Positions 17,247 through 25,342 of a DNA stretch of 35,546 nucleotides are shown here, piece after piece. The position numbers were made by a program, and so were the translations under genes. Below the pieces are notes generated by a model that did no database searches, was not told where the DNA came from, and saw only the letters and a list, made by a program, of their open reading frames with translations. Source of the DNA: a virus; IMG/VR virus record IMGVR_UViG_3300005607_000421; one strand, 5' to 3'. Within the stretch, counting starts at the first letter, position 1; the number at the start of each line of letters is the position of its first letter.

Positions 17247-17411
17247 CTACTGTTCTTCACCTCCCAGAGGTTCGGTTTGGTATTCGCCCGTGACCGGATT
17301 GTGGTAGAGGTGGACAGGAACGCCATCCTTGGCAGCATCATGAGTTTCGCAGACAAAACCTTCTGGTGGATTGCATTTTCTCTTGGCTGCTTTTTGCTTC
17401 TGGTTTGACAT
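17247..17411 (-). CDS. Small hypothetical protein (54 aa), not in the ORF track
   Basis: MSNQKQKAAKRKCNPPEGFVCETHDAAKDGVPVHLYHNPVTGEYQTEPLGGEEQ. Its stop abuts the TTG start of the tail tube gene, and a module motif lies 29 nt upstream. Confidence 0.6.
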   Translation of the reverse strand: MSNQKQKAAKRKCNPPEGFVCETHDAAKDGVPVHLYHNPVTGEYQTEPLGGEEQ

Positions 17412-17530
17412 TACCAGCAGTAAGAAAGAAGTTTAGAGGAAAAGAGAATTAACTGTCTTGTTCTGGATGCCTTCTTTCTGGGGCCCAGCATCCTAAGATG
17501 AAATGAAAATGGGTCATCTTCAATAGACAC
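17411..17530 (-). pseudogene. Truncated conserved-leader gene (39 aa)
   Basis: GTG TCT ATT GAA GAT GAC CCA... gives VSIEDDPFSFHLRMLGPRKKASRTRQ, then unrelated LILFSSKLLSYCW*. Homology stops exactly where a module motif begins. Confidence 0.75.
17440..17452 (-). promoter_or_regulatory. Conserved module motif, copy 4
   Basis: aaaagagaattaa, 29 nt from ATG 17411. Confidence 0.7.
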
Positions 17531-17559
17531 TTAACATCTACAATAAAGCAAAAGGAAAG

Positions 17560-17571
17560 GAAAGAGAAGTA
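17560..17571 (-). promoter_or_regulatory. Conserved module motif, copy 5 (AAGTA variant)
   Basis: gaaagagaagta, 30 nt from GTG 17530. Confidence 0.55.
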
Positions 17572-17587
17572 GCCGGCAGATCCAGTT

Positions 17588-18142
17588 CTAGCGGGCTTTA
17601 TCATAATATAGATAACACAAGGCATACGACCTGGCAATAGAAGCTGCATTTACCACGCCTTTGCTTATCTCAGAATCGTCTCCTGCAGATATCTGCGTAA
17701 AGTTGGTTATCAGGGCTCCTCTTGTCGCCGGGATTGAAAGTGGATTTGCATTTATCAGGCTCTCAATCTGCTGCTCCATCTCCCATCTTTTGTTTACTGC
17801 ATCGCTAAAACTTGTGCCCGTCGCCCATACCTGGATGCGCTTGATATCCTCATGCGAAACCCTGCTCATTCCCAGAACTGCTGGTCTGATATTTTGCACA
17901 AGATTCTGCACGACTATGGCATGCTTTGCATTCATGACATTCTTGAATTTTGTATCGAATTTTATATTGCCCAGCGTTGTAGGTGGATTGTAGGGCATCA
18001 GCTCTGCATCAGCCGTCCCTGTTGTATTTGCGCCGCCAGCCGGCCAGTTTGTTTTCAAAAAGTTCACCAGCTGGACTGACGGGTCGGTCAGAAGGTCAGC
18101 AGTTCCACCAGCTTCGGGAACAACCCATGTATTTAGTGGCAT
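17588..18142 (-). CDS. Tail terminator / tail completion-like protein
   Basis: 184 aa upstream of the tail tube gene; alpha/beta pattern (LVNFLKTNW...HAIVVQN...RIQVWA...RWEMEQQIESLI). Confidence 0.55.
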   Translation of the reverse strand: MPLNTWVVPEAGGTADLLTDPSVQLVNFLKTNWPAGGANTTGTADAELMPYNPPTTLGNIKFDTKFKNVMNAKHAIVVQNLVQNIRPAVLGMSRVSHEDIKRIQVWATGTSFSDAVNKRWEMEQQIESLINANPLSIPATRGALITNFTQISAGDDSEISKGVVNAASIARSYALCYLYYDKAR

Positions 18143-18178
18143 TTTATTTTATTTCACCAGATGCAAGCCAAAAAGAAG

Positions 18179-18192
18179 AAAAGAGAATTAAT
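18179..18192 (-). promoter_or_regulatory. Conserved module motif, copy 6
   Basis: aaaagagaattaat, 37 nt from ATG 18142. Confidence 0.7.
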
Positions 18193-18201
18193 CGGCCATG
18201 G

Positions 18202-18504
18202 TTATCCGTTCACTGCGCCCTTTGTCTGGGTCGCGCTTGCTGCTCCCCCTGCTGGCGTTGATGAGAGCAACTTTGCCAGGTCTGCCCTTGCCGCCTTTAA
18301 TTCGTCCAAGATGGGCTGGAACTGGTCGTAGTTGATTCCCTGAAGTTCCTTTACGAATATCAGGCCTGCCCCGATAACGGCAGATGCAATACCTGCCTCT
18401 TGCGAATTTCCTGTGCTAAACCATGCTGCAGCTGCTCCAAATGAGCTTAGCAGCGTTCCGAGTGTTTGAAGAGTTGCCTGAACGCGGTCATTTAGTCCTG
18501 TCAT
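18202..18504 (-). CDS. Small two-TM membrane protein (holin-like candidate)
   Basis: 100 aa with two short hydrophobic helices and an amphipathic C-terminus; has its own module motif. Confidence 0.5.
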   Translation of the reverse strand: MTGLNDRVQATLQTLGTLLSSFGAAAAWFSTGNSQEAGIASAVIGAGLIFVKELQGINYDQFQPILDELKAARADLAKLLSSTPAGGAASATQTKGAVNG

Positions 18505-18531
18505 GAGTGAGTAATTTTATATCCTTTCGCC

Positions 18532-18546
18532 AAAAGAGAATTAATT
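18532..18546 (-). promoter_or_regulatory. Conserved module motif, copy 7
   Basis: aaaagagaattaatt, 28 nt from ATG 18504. Confidence 0.7.
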
Positions 18547-18780
18547 CACTATACAACAAAACTAGGTATGGTATTTGTCTAATGCACAAGCTGCTGCATA
18601 ATTTGTTGCATGGTTCCGCCATTCAAAACAAACTCGGAATAGAGATACTACTTTTTGCTTCAAAAGTAATTGTCAATATTGTCTGCTCATCTGATAATTG
18701 ATCTTGATTCAGGATGAATTTGCAATGCTCGGCTCACCGGATATATGGTTCCCTGTCCAGCCGGGTCTGATGCTATACAA

Positions 18781-19506
18781 CTATGCCAGATTCAGTGCAA
18801 TGCCGCCGTCCATGCTGCTAAAAGCGTAAATGACTGTATCATATTTTCGGATCAGGACATTCATCCAGTCAGAGTAGATCTCACTCTGGCCTTTGGCAGT
18901 GGCTAGAATATTGCGGACAGGGTACGAAACAAGTAGCGAGGTTTGCGCAAACATGTGGAAATTTGTGTGATGTTTTTTCTCTAAACTCATGTTCGCCTTT
19001 ACCTCTTCAGATAACCTGACTTTATGTAAACATTTCAGCACTGCCCTGTCCAGAACAATAGCTCTGTCCTGATTCTTGGCCTGTAGCCTGATATATTCTG
19101 CTCTTGTCTTCCTGGCTGCTGCACCATTTCCACCCTTTCCAGTTCCAGTATTCCAACTAAGCCTCGCAGCGATTTCCTCAAGGCCCTTTTTGGCCCCTCC
19201 GGGATAGTCATAGAGATCGGCAAATTGTTCTACCTTGAGAATCCCTTCCTTCACAAGTTGCTCATAATCTAGAGCACCTACTGCCATCATCTCATTCCTG
19301 ACATACTCGACTGGGTCCTTGGAGACATATCCGCAAGAATTCCTTGCATCGAGACCTGCCAGGACAAAGCCAAAACATATTTGCGCCGCATATTCTGGCT
19401 CTTCATAGAAAAGAACCGCGTGACGTCGTCTGGAGTCTATATTTTCAGATACAATCTTGTCATTATACACAAAGCGCAGCGGACTGGTCTCTTGTATCTT
19501 TTCCAT
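18781..19506 (-). CDS. MEDS (DcmR-like sensory) domain protein
   Basis: HAVLFYEEPEYAAQICFGFVLAGLDARNSCGYVS, later H...LLVSYP...IRKYDTVIY. Confidence 0.7.
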   Translation of the reverse strand: MEKIQETSPLRFVYNDKIVSENIDSRRRHAVLFYEEPEYAAQICFGFVLAGLDARNSCGYVSKDPVEYVRNEMMAVGALDYEQLVKEGILKVEQFADLYDYPGGAKKGLEEIAARLSWNTGTGKGGNGAAARKTRAEYIRLQAKNQDRAIVLDRAVLKCLHKVRLSEEVKANMSLEKKHHTNFHMFAQTSLLVSYPVRNILATAKGQSEIYSDWMNVLIRKYDTVIYAFSSMDGGIALNLA

Positions 19507-19512
19507 TGTTTA

Positions 19513-20496
19513 CTACCCTAGTCGTCCATCGGACGGTCTCCCTCTGTTTTTTCCTGTTGGCAATGCCCTGCCATTCTGATGGATTGCCTCGTAAGCGAGG
19601 GCTTTTTTCAGGACATCGGCTGCGGAATCCAGTATTGTGCTGGCATCATCTTCAAGCATCTTGTGGAGGATGCTTTCAAAATATTCAGGCCTTGATGCTA
19701 TCTCTTCTCTGGACAGACCATACCTCATTCTTACCGTTTCGATCAGGACCTGCGTTGGCTTGGGCCCCAGAATTCTTTCGATGCCCTGCTCTATCAGATC
19801 AACAATCTCACTATCTGACCAGTCTTTGTAGTTCCAGTTTTTGTGGACAGTAGAGTTGTGCGAAGTAAACAACCGCACCAGATGTATAAATGACAATCTG
19901 TCTAGCCACTGCTTTTTGTACCAGCAGAACAACTCTGACTGTACTGCCGGCCTCCTGTCTTCCAGTATCTCCCATGCCATGAAAGTGTCATAGAGGTTTC
20001 TGTTCACATAAGACTCTGCTGAAAATAATGCACTAACTCCGTTATAGCTGGACTTGAGCTTTCTGTTCATATTGGCAAGAATGGATCTCCAGTAATTCTT
20101 CAGAGCCTGCGTGTTCAGACCTGCCTTGGAGTAGAAAGTGTTATTGTCAATCAGGACAATCATTCCACTCTCGACGTGTTGCGCAACGTTATCAATCCCG
20201 ACCTTTTCCATACCACGAATAACTGCCGCTCTGGTGTCCTCGGTGGCTATAGATTGTATTGCATATACACTTGCAAGTCCTCTGGACAAATTATCTCTAA
20301 CCTTGTCAAATGCCACCTGATAGTAGTTACCTTCGTCGCCAAAGCTGATATTATGGTGTGGATGATAGCCAGCATTTTCTGTCATAAGTGGCCGAATCCG
20401 CAATGAATGGTGCAGATTGGTTAATAATACTTGCCATATTTTGTCATATAACGGGTGATAGTACCGTTCATAATACCAATTTACCCGATAGGACAT
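19513..20496 (-). CDS. MEDS domain protein with a C-terminal thaumarchaeal output (NitrOD-like) domain
   Basis: HNISF...FDKVRDNLSRG...LFCWYKKQWL...LFTSHNSTVH, then IEQGIERILG...YGLSREEIASRPEYFESILHKML. Confidence 0.7.
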   Translation of the reverse strand: MSYRVNWYYERYYHPLYDKIWQVLLTNLHHSLRIRPLMTENAGYHPHHNISFGDEGNYYQVAFDKVRDNLSRGLASVYAIQSIATEDTRAAVIRGMEKVGIDNVAQHVESGMIVLIDNNTFYSKAGLNTQALKNYWRSILANMNRKLKSSYNGVSALFSAESYVNRNLYDTFMAWEILEDRRPAVQSELFCWYKKQWLDRLSFIHLVRLFTSHNSTVHKNWNYKDWSDSEIVDLIEQGIERILGPKPTQVLIETVRMRYGLSREEIASRPEYFESILHKMLEDDASTILDSAADVLKKALAYEAIHQNGRALPTGKNRGRPSDGRLG

Positions 20497-20573
20497 CGCG
20501 TTTTTAGAGAATTATCAACAATCAAATTAGTTACAGGTCCACATTTTGCTCTTCAGCAAATAAATTGCCACTT

Positions 20574-20933
20574 TCAGCTGACCACCAGATGACGCTTCAG
20601 GTGGTTGACAATTCTACTTGATATGATTGTCTTTTTAAGAAAGCAATATTCCCTGCTGTTGCTTGAAAATGCTTTTCTTGCTTCGTGTTCGAAAATTTCA
20701 ACTTTGGAGAAGAAGCATATGCCAGCATTGTTGTCAATCTGCCAAATTTTGCGTGCCAATTCAAAACCACTTATGCGAGGCAGTGCGATATCGAGCAGTA
20801 TTCTATCATAGGAATCCTGCTTGAAATGCATCACTGCCTTTCTGGGGTCGTCAAATGCATCGACAATAAAACCATGCTCTTCCAAACCTACTTTTGTAAG
20901 GTTAAGTGTATCAGCTTGGTCGTCTACTAGCAT
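20574..20933 (-). CDS. Stand-alone response regulator receiver (CheY-like) protein
   Basis: LVDD, phosphoacceptor LLDIALPRISGFELA, FFS, LKK. Confidence 0.9.
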   Translation of the reverse strand: MLVDDQADTLNLTKVGLEEHGFIVDAFDDPRKAVMHFKQDSYDRILLDIALPRISGFELARKIWQIDNNAGICFFSKVEIFEHEARKAFSSNSREYCFLKKTIISSRIVNHLKRHLVVS

Positions 20934-21129
20934 TAGCCGGTTGGTTTTTACTTGGCATCAACTCCTATAGACATGACACAGCACGCCAGATATATCTACC
21001 AGTATGAGCGTGGACATCAGCCAAGTCTACTGATATAATGCATTTTATTATTTATTTATGTCTTGATATCTAACCTCTTTCTATTAGGCATCCATTTAGC
21101 CAATGAGTCCAGTCCTGCAACTTGTTAGA

Positions 21130-21411
21130 TTAATGGTTGACATCTGCTCTTGGAGACCTTTCTCTTTTGTACCTGTCGTCTACTATCGAAAGGTCCTTGT
21201 CAAGCTCGGCGACTTTATCCTCGGCCAGAATTACGCGCTCAGCTGTCGCTCCCAGCTGATTTTCGATCCGCCTGATGCAGGCCTTTGTCTCCTTGATGTC
21301 TCTTGATAGGTTCAGGTATCTGATTTCAGAGCGCACAAAGTACCCGACTATTGCACATGTCAGGGCCAGAAAGCCGAAGAACAGGTCTGATGCAATCACG
21401 ATATCTGGCAT
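21130..21411 (-). CDS. Single-TM membrane protein with a coiled coil (lysis/holin-like candidate)
   Basis: N-terminal TM LFFGFLALTCAIVGYFV followed by a heptad-rich segment. Confidence 0.55.
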   Translation of the reverse strand: MPDIVIASDLFFGFLALTCAIVGYFVRSEIRYLNLSRDIKETKACIRRIENQLGATAERVILAEDKVAELDKDLSIVDDRYKRERSPRADVNH

Positions 21412-21423
21412 ATGTCAATCACA

Positions 21424-21570
21424 TCAATCTCGTGCACCAGCTTCCATGCATTCATTGAGTTCAGATCGCAAATCATCAATAATTGCTTTTTTTAAGCTGT
21501 CTAGTTCCTCAGGTTCACCGGCGAAAAATTCGTCACGCCAAGCAACATGAAAGGTATGGAAGACCAACAT
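21424..21570 (-). CDS. Small acidic hypothetical protein (48 aa), not in the ORF track
   Basis: MLVFHTFHVAWRDEFFAGEPEELDSLKKAIIDDLRSELNECMEAGARD. It lies between a module motif and the 21411 start. Confidence 0.45.
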   Translation of the reverse strand: MLVFHTFHVAWRDEFFAGEPEELDSLKKAIIDDLRSELNECMEAGARD

Positions 21571-21590
21571 TCAAAGTTCGGCGCTTTCAG

Positions 21591-21624
21591 AAAAGAGAAT
21601 TAATTAATTAACTAATTAATTAAT
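21591..21624 (-). promoter_or_regulatory. Conserved module motif, copy 8, extended by tandem TAAT repeats
   Basis: aaaagagaattaattaattaactaattaattaat, 21 nt from ATG 21570. Confidence 0.65.
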
Positions 21625-21964
21625 CCGCGTCAGGTGGTTTTGCATCTGGGCCAGACCATGCTAGGTTGAGACAGAATCAGATGCAGCGTCAATTCTGTCA
21701 TGCCCTTGATTGTTACCTGTCAGGATCGGAGTCGGTCCTCTTTACCTCTGTATACATGATGGTACAATTTTTTCCAAATTCTATTTTATCATCTTTTTTA
21801 TAGGCATGAGAGTCAGAGTCTTGTTTCTCCATGCAAGATAAGATCAATCATGATTTTTTACTATTTCTTCTGTATCTATAGTTAGAATCTTTCTTTTTGT
21901 GTTCTGCTTCTAGAGCATAGCAAAAACAGGTCCTGCTTGTAAAGCCTTCTCTTCTGCTCTTGGC

Positions 21965-22405
21965 TTAATCTTTGCAAAGGCTCCTTATTCCATTAGACAT
22001 CATGATTACCAGCTTGTACGGGTCATGCCTTGTCGTTAGCGGTGGTGCTGCATCTGGACCCAAGCCAAATATCCTGCACAGCTTGTCACATGTCAATGCC
22101 ACTATCAGCTTTGCCCCTTCTTCGCCCAATAATGTTTTAAAATGGTTGTAAATCTGGCGCAGGTTCAGCATTTCTGAATCATACTTGATATCTTGTTCAG
22201 CCAGCTGTTCTGTCAATATAATCCTGAAGCTTTTGCCAATCTCGTCTAGCGTCTGGTCAAGAGCAGCGTGCAAGTAAATATTGAATTCAAAAAGCAAGCT
22301 TTGGTTATGGTTACCCGGAGAAGGTAAAGGGCGAATTGCAGACCGATTTGGTTCCATCGAGCAAGCACGCTTCCCAGTGAGATATGCTCTCAAAAATAAA
22401 AGCAT
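21965..22405 (-). CDS. Thaumarchaeal host-type hypothetical protein (NitrOD-like output domain)
   Basis: ALDQTLDEIGKSFRIILTEQL...YNHFKTLLGEEGAKLI pattern. The start codon is uncertain. Confidence 0.55.
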   Translation of the reverse strand: MLLFLRAYLTGKRACSMEPNRSAIRPLPSPGNHNQSLLFEFNIYLHAALDQTLDEIGKSFRIILTEQLAEQDIKYDSEMLNLRQIYNHFKTLLGEEGAKLIVALTCDKLCRIFGLGPDAAPPLTTRHDPYKLVIMMSNGIRSLCKD

Positions 22406-22554
22406 GTGTCTGTCAACTGTACTACAGTATGCACAAGGCGTTCAGGAAGGGGAAGAAGAAATTGAATCGGAATTGCTCTGCTTCCCTTCACTTCTCTTAC
22501 CGCCATTCCATTTGTTCTTTTCAAAGAGCAAAACTATGCTACAGGCAATCAATG

Positions 22555-22923
22555 CTATGCTGGGCTGTTATCACTGTAGATGTTCCCTGTAGTCGTGACA
22601 AAATACTGTGGCACAAAAGTGGCAGATTTGACCAGCTTGATGCGGTCTATATAGTCGGCCATCTCTCTTTTCTGCAGGTCAAGAAATGCCTGCCCTCTGT
22701 CCATCTGCCCAACCTTTTTGAAGTACCGGCCCACCACACCATTATTTGATGCGTCTACAATAGCCTGGTCAGGATTTTGGAGAGGCAGGATGCTGTAATA
22801 TGGCGCCAGGAGGTTGTTGATATAGGCATCTGACTCTGTCCCCAGCTCGTTGAGCATGGCATCAGAGTTGGTGTCAGTGATGCCAAGCTGATCCTTTACT
22901 GTCTGCAGGATGTAATATGTCAT
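22555..22923 (-). CDS. Head-tail connector (adaptor, HK97 gp6/SPP1 gp15-like)
   Basis: LQTVKDQLGITDTNSDAMLNELGTESDAYINN is the typical connector N-terminus; position follows the capsid genes. Confidence 0.8.
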   Translation of the reverse strand: MTYYILQTVKDQLGITDTNSDAMLNELGTESDAYINNLLAPYYSILPLQNPDQAIVDASNNGVVGRYFKKVGQMDRGQAFLDLQKREMADYIDRIKLVKSATFVPQYFVTTTGNIYSDNSPA

Positions 22924-22945
22924 GTTCTGTCAGTTCGCCTTCCTC

Positions 22946-23137
22946 TTAGGTAGGTTGCAACACCCTGCCCTGATTTGCAAGCGATAGCTGGTAGCAGGTT
23001 CCAGTCTGGGGATTCATGTGGACCGGATAGCAGGACTGGCAGCACACCTTGGTACAACCCTCACAGGTTCTGAGCCAGTCATAATTGACCGAGCCATCAG
23101 GGAAGGTGTTTGGACATGGTTGATTTTCGCATTCCAT
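22946..23137 (-). CDS. Small Cys-rich (zinc-finger-like) protein, 63 aa
   Basis: MECENQPC...CEGC..VCCQSC..H. ATG 23137 is preceded by tandem GGAGA repeats. Confidence 0.55.
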   Translation of the reverse strand: MECENQPCPNTFPDGSVNYDWLRTCEGCTKVCCQSCYPVHMNPQTGTCYQLSLANQGRVLQPT

Positions 23138-23201
23138 TTTTTCTCCTCTCCTCTCCTCTCCTCTTTCCAGGATTGCTTTTTCTTTCTTTGTTCGCACTAC
23201 T

Positions 23202-24170
23202 CTACTGCTTTGATGAACAGGTTGCAATAGCAGATATTCCTGTCCCCAGTGCAGGGATTGTGATCCTGACATATGGAAAGGCCGCCGGATTTACCGCAAG
23301 TGTTGCACCCAAGTGGGTATTGTCATATTGTTTGGCAAAGGATGTCCCTGTTCCGAGGCTCAATGAAGAATCAATGGTTGTCCAGTTTGTGCTATCTGGC
23401 GACACTTCGACTGTCATGTTCTGCGATGCAAAGTTGCCGCCAGAGCTTGCAACCAGGATGGCCAGCTCCTTTGTATTGTACATATTCAGGATGAACTGGA
23501 GCTGCAGGTTTGCAGAGCCTGTCTGTCTTGTCTGTACGTTATTTCTCTGCCTGTCGAAACTGGCTCCGTTATACAGCCATGGCGCGGTAATGATTGCAGC
23601 CTGGTTCAGGGTCGCTCCGTCAGAAACAACAGACGGTGGATTGAATACGATTACTGGTATTATGATATACTGTGATGTGTTATCTGGCTGGGTATTCCAG
23701 CTGGCTGTCATAGTTATCTGGTTGGCATTGTTGCTCAAGACCTGGTTTATCTGTCCCTGTCCTGTTCCTGCATAGATATACACAAGCAATCCTGCAAGTT
23801 TGTTGTTTGGGAACCATTTTGTCGTATCCGTAAGGGTGTTGCTGCCGCCTGACGTTGCTGTTCCTTTTATTACCATCGGAGCAGTAAAGATGTCGCCTGC
23901 TGAATCAACATCCGGAATTTCAATGATATAGTAATAGTCGTTGGCAGATGGAGTCGTACCCCAGCTTCCAGATATCGTGATCTGGTTTGCGGTATTGGAC
24001 GAGATCAGGGCCTGCTGTGGGTTATAGGCGCCAGATGCCGACTGCACCACAACATAGCAGCCCTGGTACTCATTGGCTACGAAAGGAGCGGCTGAATCAG
24101 AAATAGTTGAAGACGTAGCTGCAGTGACAAGCCCGCTGTACAAGGCTTCTCTGACAGGAGTTGTTGGCAT
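23202..24170 (-). CDS. Putative virion surface/fibre protein with two tandem beta-rich repeats
   Basis: Repeat 1 GLVTAATSSTISD...QQALISSNTANQITISGSWGTTPSANDYYYII; repeat 2 GTATSGGSNTLTD...QINQVLSNNANQITMTASWNTQPDNTSQYIII. GGTGA RBS upstream; directly after the MCP gene. Confidence 0.65.
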   Translation of the reverse strand: MPTTPVREALYSGLVTAATSSTISDSAAPFVANEYQGCYVVVQSASGAYNPQQALISSNTANQITISGSWGTTPSANDYYYIIEIPDVDSAGDIFTAPMVIKGTATSGGSNTLTDTTKWFPNNKLAGLLVYIYAGTGQGQINQVLSNNANQITMTASWNTQPDNTSQYIIIPVIVFNPPSVVSDGATLNQAAIITAPWLYNGASFDRQRNNVQTRQTGSANLQLQFILNMYNTKELAILVASSGGNFASQNMTVEVSPDSTNWTTIDSSLSLGTGTSFAKQYDNTHLGATLAVNPAAFPYVRITIPALGTGISAIATCSSKQ

Positions 24171-24265
24171 GTAGGTTCACTCACCTGGTTATTTCATTCA
24201 TTGGTCCTGAACAGTCAAGGTTTGTTCTCTTTCTCTTTCTCTCTTTGCTGCTCGCCCTGTATCTA

Positions 24266-25342
24266 CTAGTAGCTTGTGACCTTGTACCCAGAGTTGACGA
24301 ATGCCATCTGCTTGTCGAACCTCATCGAAGTGACTGCGCCCTGCAAACCCATCAGCGTATCGCCAAAGTCTTCAAACTCCAGGTCCTGGCGCAAACCTAT
24401 GATAAAGTTCTTGTCCTTCTGGTAGACCAGCACAGTTCCCTGCGAAGCCCACGGCGTCCGCCACACTGCATTGATGTTGAGAAGCTGCGCGAATCCCGGT
24501 TCTGTTCCATTGGCGTGGTCCTTGTCAAAGTACAGCGAGCTTATCAGCGGAATAGGTCCGCCTGTACCCCACTGCTCGACTTTGGTATTGTAAGCATCTG
24601 TCGGGTGGATTATCATGGAATCAGGGGTGAACCTGCTGTTTGGTATTTGCGACTCTATTACGTTTATGAGCGCCTGGAGCCTTGTCGCTGAAGAGCCATA
24701 CAATGAGGCCTTGGTTCCGGTTGTAGTCTGGGCTGTCGAGTGCTGGTTCCAGAGGTACTTGCCGACATTGTAGTACCATGCCTCCCCAACCTGTTTCAGA
24801 TGCAGCTCTATTGCCCTGAAATTGTTGTCTCGCAGCCAGTTTCTCTTGACCTGAGCTGCCAGCCTATAGTAGCCTGCATCGCCTGAAGTATCGAAAGCCA
24901 GCGATGTGACTTTGCCGCCTTCCACTTTGGGCAGAGACTGGTCTGTGCCCTTTATGTCTTCAAGGTTGCCAAAGAGGTCTGCCGAACTTGAGAGGGGGAT
25001 GTTGAGCTTTGGCTGGTCCATCTGCTCCACTCTCCAGACAGATTTCCAGAAACCATAGGGCTCTGCTCCTTCTATCACCAGATCGGCTACCTTCAGCTGA
25101 GCCAGTGCAGTCGTGATGGACAGCGTCTCTCGAATCTGCGGGAACACGGCCTTGAGCCCGGGAATTTCTGACCTTGTCTGGTTGCGCTCAAAGTCTTTGA
25201 CAAAATGGCCCAGAGACAGAGTCCGTATAAAGATGGCAGGATCCACTCCGGCCTCCTGCACAGTCTCCCTTACCTTCTTGACATCTTCGTACTCGTCCAT
25301 GTAGAGGATGTGGCGGCCAATGTTGTAGGTATCGCCGTTCAA
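24266..25342 (-). CDS. Major capsid protein, HK97 fold
   Basis: 358 aa, TTG start overlapping the cement gene's stop. LVIEGAE...VEGG...GYYRLAAQVKRNWLRDN...PDSMIIHP...VWRTPW...GTVLVY...IGLRQDLEFE...RFD follows the HK97 MCP layout. Confidence 0.88.
   Translation of the reverse strand: MNGDTYNIGRHILYMDEYEDVKKVRETVQEAGVDPAIFIRTLSLGHFVKDFERNQTRSEIPGLKAVFPQIRETLSITTALAQLKVADLVIEGAEPYGFWKSVWRVEQMDQPKLNIPLSSSADLFGNLEDIKGTDQSLPKVEGGKVTSLAFDTSGDAGYYRLAAQVKRNWLRDNNFRAIELHLKQVGEAWYYNVGKYLWNQHSTAQTTTGTKASLYGSSATRLQALINVIESQIPNSRFTPDSMIIHPTDAYNTKVEQWGTGGPIPLISSLYFDKDHANGTEPGFAQLLNINAVWRTPWASQGTVLVYQKDKNFIIGLRQDLEFEDFGDTLMGLQGAVTSMRFDKQMAFVNSGYKVTSY

Noticed and set aside
4475-18142. Contractile injection system / tailocin interpretation
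   Set aside because: No sheath or baseplate wedge genes were recognised, and a full capsid module plus G/GT chaperones indicates a head with a non-contractile tail.
19344-19853. Plus-strand 169-aa ORF
   Set aside because: Antisense to two MEDS genes, with no recognisable features.
20933-20965. Possible 1-nt frameshift giving the receiver protein a longer N-terminus (ATG CCA AGT AAA AAC...)
   Set aside because: The receiver domain is essentially complete from ATG 20933, so no frameshift is needed.
23110-24691. Plus-strand ORFs 23110-23775 and 24161-24691
   Set aside because: Antisense shadows of the fibre-like and major capsid genes.
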